The notes under the pieces are model-generated. The model was given only the letters and a program-made list of their open reading frames with translations, was not told the origin of the DNA and did not search any database. Source: Candidatus Auribacterota bacterium (lineage in GTDB: Bacteria > Auribacterota > UBA6266). Taken from it: a stretch of 29,035 bases of DNA. This document shows positions 1 to 7,876 of the stretch, piece after piece. Within the stretch, counting starts at the first letter, position 1, and each line of letters opens with the position of its first letter. Position numbers and translations under genes: made by a program. Location of the stretch: assembly GCA_023136205.1 (NCBI GenBank), contig JAGLRQ010000019.1, forward strand, positions 1 through 29,035, given 5' to 3'.

Positions 1-819
1 ATATTTGATACGATGCACCCAAACAGAATAGTGGTCGGCGTTACAAGCAGAAAAGCCGCAAATAAAATGAAAGAATTATACAAAACCCTTAAAGCTCCGA
101 TGATAATTACTGATATAAAGAGCGCGGAGCTTATTAAACACGCCTCCAATGCCTTTCTCGCGTTGAAAATATCCTTTGTTAATGCTCTTTCAAACGTTTG
201 TGAGAGAAGCGGCGCCAATGTTGAAGAAGTTGCTGTTGGAATGGGACTGGATAAAAGAATAGGCAAAGCTTTTTTGAAAGCGGGTATTGGATACGGCGGT
301 TCCTGTTTCCCCAAAGACGTATCTGCCTTTATTAAGATTGCCGAAGATTTAGGGTATGATTTTTCTCTTATCAAAGAAGTTGAAAAGATCAATCAACTTC
401 AGAAAAAACTTTTTGTGAAGAAAATTACAGATACCCTGTGGGTGGTTAAGAACAAAGTTATCGGGATATTAGGGCTTGCCTTCAAACCGAATACGGATGA
501 TATGAGAAATGCTCCTTCGATAGACATTATTAATATGCTTAAAAAAGAGGGGGCAAAAATAAAGGTATATGATCCTCAGGCGATGAAAACAGCGCGCGCG
601 GTGTTAAAGGGGATTACATACTGTAAAGATCCCTATGAAACCGCAAAAGGGAGCGACGCGCTGGTTGTGCTTACAGAGTGGGAGGAATTCACAAAACTTA
701 ATATTAAGAAGATAAAAAAATTATTAATTCAGCCGATAGTTATTGACGGTAGAAATATATTTGAACCAATTGAGATGATTGAGGAAGGATTTATTTATAA
801 GAGTGTGGGAAGGGAATAG
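1..819 (+). CDS. ugd: UDP-glucose 6-dehydrogenase, C-terminal part (5' end lies outside the window)
   Basis: The reading frame is open from base 1. It contains the catalytic-cysteine motif GIGYGGSCFPKDV and the C-terminal UDP-binding region LGLAFKPNTDDMRNAP, both typical of the UDP-glucose/GDP-mannose dehydrogenase family. Confidence 0.85.
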   Translation: MFDTMHPNRIVVGVTSRKAANKMKELYKTLKAPMIITDIKSAELIKHASNAFLALKISFVNALSNVCERSGANVEEVAVGMGLDKRIGKAFLKAGIGYGGSCFPKDVSAFIKIAEDLGYDFSLIKEVEKINQLQKKLFVKKITDTLWVVKNKVIGILGLAFKPNTDDMRNAPSIDIINMLKKEGAKIKVYDPQAMKTARAVLKGITYCKDPYETAKGSDALVVLTEWEEFTKLNIKKIKKLLIQPIVIDGRNIFEPIEMIEEGFIYKSVGRE

Positions 820-842
820 AGAATGGTATATAAAGGAGGATT

Positions 843-2135
843 ATGGATCTTAGTAAAAAGATATCTGAAGGTTCCGCGAAAATAGGGATTATGGGCCTTG
901 GTTATGTGGGTCTGCCCCTTGCTGTTGAATTTGGCAACGCAGGCTTTAAGGTTACAGGTATAGATATTGACCGCGGTAAGGTAGGGAAAATAAACAAGGG
1001 AGTATCCTATATAGGTGATGTGGATTCGAAAGAGCTAAAAGCTTTAGTCAGAAAAGGTTTGGTTAAAGCAACCACGGATTTTTCTGTTTTGAAAAATATT
1101 GATGCTGTAATAATCTGCGTTCCGACTCCCCTGAGAAAAACAAGAGATCCGGATATGTCTTATATAATTTCTTCCGCGGAGAAGATTGCAAAGTACCAGC
1201 ATAAAGGCCAGCTCATTGTTTTGGAAAGCACAACCTATACCGGGACATGTGAAGAGATTATCCTTCCGATACTGGCGGAAGGCGGATATGAAGCCGGAAA
1301 GGATTTCTTCATGGCTTTTTCTCCTGAGAGGGTTGACCCGGGTAACAAAGAATATGGGACAAAGGATATTCCAAAGGTAATAGGGGGGTTAACAAAAAAA
1401 TGTTTAAAAATGGCGCAGGCGCTTTATGGCAAGGTTATTGTAAAGATAGTTCCTGTTTCATCCATACGTGTGGCCGAAATGGTAAAGCTTCTTGAAAACA
1501 CATTCAGGGCAGTTAACATAGGCCTTGTAAATGAAATCGCGATGATGTGTGACAGGATGGATATAGATGTGTGGGAAGTAATAAAAGGGGCAGCAACCAA
1601 ACCTTTTGGTTTTACACCGTTTTATCCGGGGCCCGGAATCGGGGGGCATTGTCTTCCCATTGACCCGCTTTATCTTTCATGGAAGGCAAAGAGCTTTGAT
1701 TTTGAAGCGCGTTTTATTGAACTGGCATCACAAATAAATTCTTATATGCCGTATCATATTGTTAATAAGCTTATTGAGGGGTTAAATAAAAGAGGTAAAT
1801 GTCTTAAAAAATCGTCCATATTGATTCTCGGAGTTGCGTATAAAAAGAATGTTGGTGATACGAGAGAGTCGCCCGCCATTGATATCCTTAGAAAAATTAA
1901 GGAAGCGGGAGCAAGGGTTAACTACTGTGACCCGTTTGTCCCTGAAATCAGGCTCGAAAAAGGGCCGGTTAAAGGCAAAAAGGTTTCCAGGAGACTTCTG
2001 GAGAATGCGGATTGTGTTTTGATACTTACAAACCATGACTGTTTTGATTATAAACTGGTAGTAAAACATTCAAAGTTCATTTTCGATACCAGAAATACAA
2101 TAAAAAATTCAAATAATAAAATATTGAAGCTCTAA
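843..2135 (+). CDS. Nucleotide-sugar 6-dehydrogenase, UDP-N-acetylhexosamine type (WecC/WbpA/TviB-like family)
   Basis: AGGAGG lies upstream of the ATG. N-terminal Rossmann motif IGIMGLGYVGLPLA. Catalytic motif GPGIGGHCLPIDP, the GGHCLP variant typical of the UDP-ManNAc/UDP-GlcNAc dehydrogenase branch. C-terminal LGVAYKKNVGDTRESP. Confidence 0.85.
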   Translation: MDLSKKISEGSAKIGIMGLGYVGLPLAVEFGNAGFKVTGIDIDRGKVGKINKGVSYIGDVDSKELKALVRKGLVKATTDFSVLKNIDAVIICVPTPLRKTRDPDMSYIISSAEKIAKYQHKGQLIVLESTTYTGTCEEIILPILAEGGYEAGKDFFMAFSPERVDPGNKEYGTKDIPKVIGGLTKKCLKMAQALYGKVIVKIVPVSSIRVAEMVKLLENTFRAVNIGLVNEIAMMCDRMDIDVWEVIKGAATKPFGFTPFYPGPGIGGHCLPIDPLYLSWKAKSFDFEARFIELASQINSYMPYHIVNKLIEGLNKRGKCLKKSSILILGVAYKKNVGDTRESPAIDILRKIKEAGARVNYCDPFVPEIRLEKGPVKGKKVSRRLLENADCVLILTNHDCFDYKLVVKHSKFIFDTRNTIKNSNNKILKL

Positions 2136-2156
2136 AGTATATACAAGGGAGGAAAA

Positions 2157-3098
2157 ATGTCTCTATATCTTATCTCCGGCGGTGCCGGTTTTATCGGTTC
2201 GAATATAGCCGGGGAACTGGCCGCAAAAGGCGAAGATGTGAGGATCCTTGATAATTTTCTGACGGGTAAGAAGGAAAATATCAAAAGTTTTGCTGATAAA
2301 GTTGAAGTGATGGAAGGGGATATAAGAGACCGGCGTGTTACGGACAAAGCTGTCCGGGGAGTTGATTTTATACTCCATCAGGCGGCATTAGCTTCTGTCC
2401 AACGGTCGGTTGAAAACCCTTTTACCACAAATGAAATAAATGTTACCGGCACCCTGAATCTTCTTCTTTCCGCGAAGGAACAGCAAGTTAAAAGGTTTGT
2501 TTTTGCTTCTTCTTCTTCAGTTTATGGAGATTCAGAGACGTTGCCTAAGCATGAAAATATGATTCCAAATCCACTTTCCGGCTATGCCTTGTCGAAACTT
2601 GCCGGGGAGCATTACTGTAAAATTTTTTACGAGCTTTACGGGCTTAAGACAATAAGCCTGAGGTACTTTAATGTTTTTGGCCCCCGCCAGGATCCCCATA
2701 GTGATTACGCGGCGGTTATCCCTCTTTTTATAACCGCCATTATTTCCGGCAAACAGATGGTTATTTACGGTGATGGGGAGCAGTCCCGTGATTTTACCTA
2801 CATTAAAAATGTGGTGGATGCGAATTTAAGGGCCTGCCTTGTTTCCGAAGAAGCGGTTGGGAAGGTTTATAATATAGCCTGCGGCGAAAGATATACATTG
2901 AACGAACTTTTAAAGGTTCTTTCAAAGGTAGCTTCTAAAGGCGTAAACCCGAGATATGATTCTCCGCGGATGGGAGATGTAAAGCACAGTCAGGCTTCTA
3001 TTAAAGAGGCTGAAAAACTGCTCGCTTTTACTCCTTCTCTTGGATTTGAAGAAGGGCTGAAAAAAACGTTTGAATGGTACAAAAAAGAAAAGAGTTAA
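2157..3098 (+). CDS. NAD-dependent nucleotide-sugar epimerase/dehydratase (extended SDR, WbpP/TviC-like 4-epimerase family)
   Basis: GGGAGG RBS. GGAGFIGSN glycine-rich NAD motif. SSSSVYGD and the catalytic YALSKLAGE (YxxxK). Confidence 0.85.
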   Translation: MSLYLISGGAGFIGSNIAGELAAKGEDVRILDNFLTGKKENIKSFADKVEVMEGDIRDRRVTDKAVRGVDFILHQAALASVQRSVENPFTTNEINVTGTLNLLLSAKEQQVKRFVFASSSSVYGDSETLPKHENMIPNPLSGYALSKLAGEHYCKIFYELYGLKTISLRYFNVFGPRQDPHSDYAAVIPLFITAIISGKQMVIYGDGEQSRDFTYIKNVVDANLRACLVSEEAVGKVYNIACGERYTLNELLKVLSKVASKGVNPRYDSPRMGDVKHSQASIKEAEKLLAFTPSLGFEEGLKKTFEWYKKEKS

Positions 3099-3114
3099 AT
3101 GAGGTTAAATTACT

Positions 3115-4221
3115 ATGTCAATTCCATTACTTGATTTGAAAGCCCAATATCTTTCCATAAAAAAAGAGATAGATAAAGCGGTGCAAAATGTTCTTAATAG
3201 CGGTAAATTTATTCTGGGCCCTGAAGTAAGTAAACTTGAAGAAGAAATTTCAAAATTTTCTAATACAAAGTACGCGGTCAGCTGTGCATCAGGGACCGAC
3301 GCCCTGCTTTTGTCGTTGATGGCTTTTGATCTTAAGCCGGGAGACGAGGTTATTACAACCCCTTTTACCTTTTTTGCCACAGTCGGTTCAATCTCGAGGT
3401 TGGGAGCAGTTCCCGCGTTTGTGGATATTGATCCGGCTACGTTTAACATTAATCCGGATCTTATGGAAGAGAAAATTTCAGGAAGAACCAGAGGCATTAT
3501 ACCCGTGCATCTTTTCGGGCAAATAGCGGAAATGAATCCCATTGTAAAGATTGGTAAAGATAAAAACCTTTTTGTAATAGAGGATGCCTGTCAGTCCATT
3601 GGAGCAGTGTCTTTTGATAAAAAAGCCGGTGAAGCAGGAGATACGGGTTGTTTCAGCTTTTTCCCCAGTAAGAACCTGGGATGTTTTGGGGACGGGGGAA
3701 TGGTTACAACAAACAGGGAAGATTTGGCCGCGAAAATCAAAATGCTCAGGGTTCACGGCGGTAAAGACAGATACTATCATGATTTTGTAGGGATAAACAG
3801 CAGGCTGGATACCCTTCAGGCCGCGATCCTTCTTGTAGAGTTAAAGCACCTTGAGGAATGGACTAATATCAGAATAAAGAATGCTAAGCTTTACAATAAT
3901 GCGTTTAAGGATATTGATGGAGTTACGCTTCCCGTAATAGGCCGGAACAAGTACCATGTATTTAACCAGTATACAATCAGGGTTAAGAAGCGCAATGGGC
4001 TTATTCGGGAATTGGAGAAACGTGGAATAGGATTCGGTATCTATTATCCCCTGCCGTTGCATTTACAGAAATGTTACAGGTATTTAAACTATAAAAAAGG
4101 TGATTTCCCCGAATCCGAAAAAGCTGCCCAGGAGGTTATCTCTCTTCCTGTTTATCCGTTTCTCTCAGATGACATGAGAAATGAGGTTATCACAGCGGTA
4201 AAAGATTACTTTGGAGCATAA
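3115..4221 (+). CDS. DegT/DnrJ/EryC1/StrS-family PLP-dependent sugar aminotransferase
   Basis: Family-typical start MSIPLLDLKAQY, then GxxFILGPEV. SFFPSKNLGCFGDGG contains the PLP-binding lysine. RVHG and NSRLDTLQAAIL motifs are present. Confidence 0.9.
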   Translation: MSIPLLDLKAQYLSIKKEIDKAVQNVLNSGKFILGPEVSKLEEEISKFSNTKYAVSCASGTDALLLSLMAFDLKPGDEVITTPFTFFATVGSISRLGAVPAFVDIDPATFNINPDLMEEKISGRTRGIIPVHLFGQIAEMNPIVKIGKDKNLFVIEDACQSIGAVSFDKKAGEAGDTGCFSFFPSKNLGCFGDGGMVTTNREDLAAKIKMLRVHGGKDRYYHDFVGINSRLDTLQAAILLVELKHLEEWTNIRIKNAKLYNNAFKDIDGVTLPVIGRNKYHVFNQYTIRVKKRNGLIRELEKRGIGFGIYYPLPLHLQKCYRYLNYKKGDFPESEKAAQEVISLPVYPFLSDDMRNEVITAVKDYFGA

Positions 4222-4224
4222 TGA

Positions 4225-4971
4225 ATGAAAGATGAGATAAGAGAAGAACTTGCCGGACTGACTCAAAATGTAGGGAAGTATCTCAGGCAGAAGAAAGAAA
4301 ATGGTGAAAAATGGATAGCTTCTTCTGCGAAAGATATCGATAATGGCCGGAAAGTTTCTGAATATAAAAGTGGTTCTCTTTTTGAATCCGAGGTTTTAGA
4401 TGCTGATATAAGTTCTGTAAAAAATCTTGGTGTGCTTAAAGAAATGGTTGAAAAATGCAGGAAATGCCCTCTGGGATCTTTAAGAAATAATTCTGTTTTT
4501 GGGGAGGGTAACTACTCTGCCGATTTGATGTTTGTGGGTGAAGCCCCCGGCAAGGATGAAGATAAGCAGGGAAGGCCTTTTGTCGGCAGGGCCGGTAAGC
4601 TTCTTACTGAGATAATATCCAAAGGCATGGACATGCGGAGGGAAAATGTTTTTATCGCGAATATCCTGAAATGCAGGCCTCCTGAAAACAGAAATCCTAT
4701 GCCTGATGAGATAGAATGTTGTGAGCCATACCTTATAAGACAGATAGAGCTTATAAAACCTAAAGTTATCTGTACTCTTGGAAATTTTGCTTCCCGGACA
4801 CTCATAGGAGTGAAAGATGGAATTACAAAGCTCCGGGGCACCTTTTTTGATTATCACGGGATTAAGTTGATGCCCACCTTCCATCCTGCCTATCTGCTCA
4901 GAAACTATTCAAAGCAAAACAGAATTTACGTTTGGGAAGATATGAAAAAAATTCTTAAAGAATTAAAGTGA
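4225..4971 (+). CDS. Family-4 (4Fe-4S) uracil-DNA glycosylase with an N-terminal extension of about 80 aa
   Basis: CRKCPL ... GEGNYSADLMFVGEAPGKDEDKQGRPFVGRAGKLL ... KCRPPENRNP ... ECCEPYL ... HPAY match the family-4 UDG motifs and the cluster cysteines. The start is 3 nt after the DegT stop. Confidence 0.85.
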   Translation: MKDEIREELAGLTQNVGKYLRQKKENGEKWIASSAKDIDNGRKVSEYKSGSLFESEVLDADISSVKNLGVLKEMVEKCRKCPLGSLRNNSVFGEGNYSADLMFVGEAPGKDEDKQGRPFVGRAGKLLTEIISKGMDMRRENVFIANILKCRPPENRNPMPDEIECCEPYLIRQIELIKPKVICTLGNFASRTLIGVKDGITKLRGTFFDYHGIKLMPTFHPAYLLRNYSKQNRIYVWEDMKKILKELK

Positions 4972-6576
4972 TTCAATATTCAAATCAACGTGCTCTGTAA
5001 GTTTTTCCTTGTCGGCGGGAGATATTTCCTGGAAGTGTATAGCGAAACTCATGCTTTCAAAAATACCTGTGAGGGATGGTATAAATCTTATTATGGGGCC
5101 GCACGCTATCAGGGGCGCGGTGTTTCCCGGCAGGTGTATTTCAAGTTCGGCTAATGTTCCCAGGAGCAGGTTCCCTTTTTTATGGATTGGGACCTGAACA
5201 ACTGCTCCGGCGACGCTAAGGTTAGAAACAATTGAAGGAATTTTTTCCGGCATCAGATCTCTATCTGTTTGCGCGAGTACCTTAAGGTTTGCGGGAAGAT
5301 CTGTATTTATTCTCGCGTATTTTCTTTTATATTTTTTCAGGCCGGTTTCGTTATCAGCGCTTATGTCCTGTCTTGGAGGGCCGGGGTTTACTGCTTCCAT
5401 TTCTTTTAGAAGCATTTGTGCTTTTATATTATTTTCATCAATTTCCAGTAAGCCTTTGCAGATGGCCTGGGATTTTTCCATATTTCCTTCTCTAAAATCT
5501 TTTTCGGCAAGTTCTTCTGAGGCTTCGACAATTCTTATGTCAATATCGGGAAAATCAGGTTTTTCATTTGCTATGGTACTGAAGTGATTTAATGCTTTTT
5601 CATATTCTTTAGTGGACATAAATATATTTCCAAGCCAGTAGTGTGCTTTGGTATTATGACTGTCTATTTCAAGAGCCTTGTGGTAGAAATCTTTTGCCGC
5701 TTCAATATTTTTTTGCCCTTCCATTTTCCTGTAAATATCGCCCAGACGGTTATATAAGCTCGCGCAGTTCTTGTTTATTTTCAGAGCCCCCTGATAAAAT
5801 TCTATTCCTTCTTTCATACTGCTGCCCTTTTTTATGAAACAGCATATGTCTCCGAGAGCTACGTAAGCAGGGAAGTGGTAATCCATCTTAGGCGGCTTGA
5901 GGAGATATTTTGTTTTCTGAGTGCTGACAATGGATAAAAGTATTTTCTCGGCGATATCGTAACAATCGTTACTGATACAGAAAATACTTGCCCTGTACAG
6001 GAGGTCGGTGTACTGGGTGCCGAGGGCTTTACAGATTTCATATACTTCCGCACTGTCTTCTTCTGAAACGATGTAGCATTTTCCGAGTTCTTCCATTATT
6101 AACTGGTCTCTTAAACCAAATTTTTTAAATGCTTTTTCACACCAGAATTTATACTCTTCAGACCTGTATTTTTGATATGGAGTCCATTCTGTATAAAAAT
6201 GGTTTATTAGCATTGATAAGATTTGAGGGGTATCCTTATCTATCTGAATAAGGTTTTTGATGCATTGAATAAAATTATCGTTTAAGTTTGTGATTTTAGA
6301 AGAGACATTATTAATTAACTGCTCGTATTTTTCTATATCTAATCCATATCCAATAGATTTAAGAAGAGCGAGGAAAGAATCTTCATAATTGCCTTTTGTC
6401 AGTTCAATTTGAGAGTTAGCGGCATACACTTCGGCAGCATATGGCCCGGCAGGGGATGGATTTTCTTCGATTTCCCTGATTAATTCAGAGCAGTATTTCT
6501 CTCCAGACGGAAATTCCTTAGCTTCAAGAAATTTCTCAAGCTTCTGTAACTTTCGTTTTTCAGCCTTATCCCTCAT
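4963..6576 (-). CDS. TPR-repeat protein with a C-terminal PilZ (c-di-GMP-binding) domain
   Basis: TPR-like stretches (for example EGIEFYQGALKINKNCASLYNRLGDIY, AKDFYHKALEIDSHNTKAHYWLGNIF, YEKALNHFSTIA). The last 121 aa or so (about 4966-5330) carry both PilZ signature motifs: RKYAR (RxxxR) and NLSVAG (D/NxSxxG). Confidence 0.75.
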   Translation of the reverse strand: MRDKAEKRKLQKLEKFLEAKEFPSGEKYCSELIREIEENPSPAGPYAAEVYAANSQIELTKGNYEDSFLALLKSIGYGLDIEKYEQLINNVSSKITNLNDNFIQCIKNLIQIDKDTPQILSMLINHFYTEWTPYQKYRSEEYKFWCEKAFKKFGLRDQLIMEELGKCYIVSEEDSAEVYEICKALGTQYTDLLYRASIFCISNDCYDIAEKILLSIVSTQKTKYLLKPPKMDYHFPAYVALGDICCFIKKGSSMKEGIEFYQGALKINKNCASLYNRLGDIYRKMEGQKNIEAAKDFYHKALEIDSHNTKAHYWLGNIFMSTKEYEKALNHFSTIANEKPDFPDIDIRIVEASEELAEKDFREGNMEKSQAICKGLLEIDENNIKAQMLLKEMEAVNPGPPRQDISADNETGLKKYKRKYARINTDLPANLKVLAQTDRDLMPEKIPSIVSNLSVAGAVVQVPIHKKGNLLLGTLAELEIHLPGNTAPLIACGPIIRFIPSLTGIFESMSFAIHFQEISPADKEKLTEHVDLNIESL

Positions 6577-6660
6577 CTAAAAACCCCGTGATTTATAGTA
6601 ACATTGAGTTGTCCAAGCCGTCAAGTGTTTAGCCTATGGCCGCCGGCGCTATTTTGATAT

Positions 6661-6688
6661 TTGACAATTTTAAAATCAAGGTTATCAT
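6661..6688 (+). promoter_or_regulatory. Candidate sigma70-type promoter for the 6748 gene
   Basis: TTGACA (6661-6666), a 16-nt spacer, then TATCAT. A purine-rich leader and AGGAGG (6738-6743) follow. Confidence 0.4.
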
Positions 6689-6747
6689 TGATCATAAAGA
6701 AAAAGGGCAAAAGCAGAAAAAGAAAAGTAAAAAAAGCAGGAGGTAAT

Positions 6748-7752
6748 ATGAAAAACAGGGCTATTAATGTATCCTCTATTGTTTTTGTGGTATTTATGTT
6801 TCTTCTTTCAACAGTATCGTACGCGGCTGAAAAGCTTTCTAAGGAAGAGGAAATGCAGAATCTACATGCTACAGCTCTTTTGTCGCTTACGAATGAAAAT
6901 TTAGCAAGCGCTGAAAAATCTTTTAATTCAGCGGGAAAAATTGCCATTTCTATTAAATCCTGGCCCGGATGCGTGGAATCCGGTTACGGACTTTTAGCAT
7001 GTAACAAACCTGAGGACGGAATAAAGTTTTTTGAGAAAGCGAATAGTTTTTCATCCGAAAAAAATGACTGGCGCGGATGCCTTTCAGCGGGCGTTGTACT
7101 GGTAAATCTTCCGCCTGGCCTTGGCACGTATAACAAGGGGATAAGTTTTCTTATAAATGCCAGGACAGTCTCGGAAAAAACAGAAGACTGGCGCGGATTA
7201 ATTGAAACCGCAAAGATTGCCGTAAAAGTAAAAGATGTTGAACTGGCTTCCGCCTGTCTTAAGTCCTCTAGAAGAATAGCTGAAAATGAAGAGAGCAGTT
7301 CGGGTTTGAGGGAATCCGCTCGTTTGTTTAAGCAGATTGGAATGAAAGGGGAAGCCAAAGAGTGTTACGAGCTTGCGAAAAATTTTAAGGATGATTCAAA
7401 GCAAATAGTTCCTCCTCCTCCGGGCTGGAAAGCAGCGGGGGAAACCGTTGCGGGGCCTAAAGAAATTTCACCTGAAACCCAGAAGGCCCTCAGAGCGTCT
7501 GCCGATATGCAGATAAAGGAAAATCTCGCTTATGAAAAACAGCAGGAAAAGCTTAAGGTGGAAAAACAAAAGATAAGTGCCGAAAGATACCGGTATGCTA
7601 ATACGTACACCCCGTATTACAGCTATCCTTTCCCTTCTTCCCGCCGTTGGTCTCCGTTCGGTTATACTTATATCAGCAATTGGGCCAGTACCAGATTAGG
7701 CTTCTATTATCAAACCGGCGGAAGTTATTACCGGCTTAACTATTGGAGATAA
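6748..7752 (+). CDS. Secreted protein of unknown function (helical W-x-G repeats, Pro-rich linker, Tyr/aromatic-rich C-terminus)
   Basis: I chose the ATG at 6748, 4 nt after AGGAGG, rather than the TTG at 6661 given in the track. Signal-peptide-like N-terminus MKNRAINVSSIVFVVFMFLLSTVSYAAE. Repeated motif KSWPGCVESG / NDWRGCLSAG / EDWRGLIETA. I recognise no family. Confidence 0.65.
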   Translation: MKNRAINVSSIVFVVFMFLLSTVSYAAEKLSKEEEMQNLHATALLSLTNENLASAEKSFNSAGKIAISIKSWPGCVESGYGLLACNKPEDGIKFFEKANSFSSEKNDWRGCLSAGVVLVNLPPGLGTYNKGISFLINARTVSEKTEDWRGLIETAKIAVKVKDVELASACLKSSRRIAENEESSSGLRESARLFKQIGMKGEAKECYELAKNFKDDSKQIVPPPPGWKAAGETVAGPKEISPETQKALRASADMQIKENLAYEKQQEKLKVEKQKISAERYRYANTYTPYYSYPFPSSRRWSPFGYTYISNWASTRLGFYYQTGGSYYRLNYWR

Positions 7753-7831
7753 AAAAGCAGTGAACAGCTTAAAAGCCGTATAGGGATTAACAGGATTAAG
7801 TCCCCGATAGGGGCAGAATTTATGATTTTTT

Positions 7832-7866
7832 ATACTCAATACTCAATACTATATACTGTATACTAT
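7832..7866. repeat. Five tandem copies of the heptamer ATACTNN
   Basis: Read directly from the sequence: atactca atactca atactat atactgt atactat. It sits in the convergent intergenic region just beyond the priA stop. Confidence 0.85.
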
Positions 7867-7876
7867 CGTTTATTTG

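Noticed and set aside
3105-3542. A 145-aa minus-strand ORF inside the DegT gene, plus similar antisense ORFs at 4480-4884, 4512-4841, 6984-7358, 9513-9836, 21836-22186, 24593-24907, 25627-25953 and 28340-28672
   Set aside because: Each lies entirely within a well-supported gene on the opposite strand. Their compositions are low-complexity or odd, and none has an RBS. They are typical shadow ORFs.
6661-6747. The track's longer start (TTG at 6661) for the secreted protein
   Set aside because: That TTG is the first half of a TTGACA -35 box. The added residues (KKKGKSRKRKVKKAGG) simply translate the purine-rich leader and the AGGAGG RBS. The ATG at 6748 gives a proper signal peptide.
6621-6947. 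A 108-aa minus-strand ORF spanning the divergent intergenic region and the start of the 6748 gene
   Set aside because: It overlaps the predicted promoter, RBS and signal-peptide-coding region of the plus-strand gene. Its sequence is dominated by Phe/Leu from the poly-purine leader read in reverse. I see no independent support for it.
7800-7830. An intrinsic terminator between the 6748 gene and priA
   Set aside because: The only stem is 4 bp (CCCC-gata-GGGG), and the T-run begins about 12 nt later. That is too weak to call a terminator.
7832-7866. A CRISPR array or other spaced-repeat locus
   Set aside because: The repeats are contiguous 7-mers with no spacers, and no other direct-repeat array is visible anywhere in the window.
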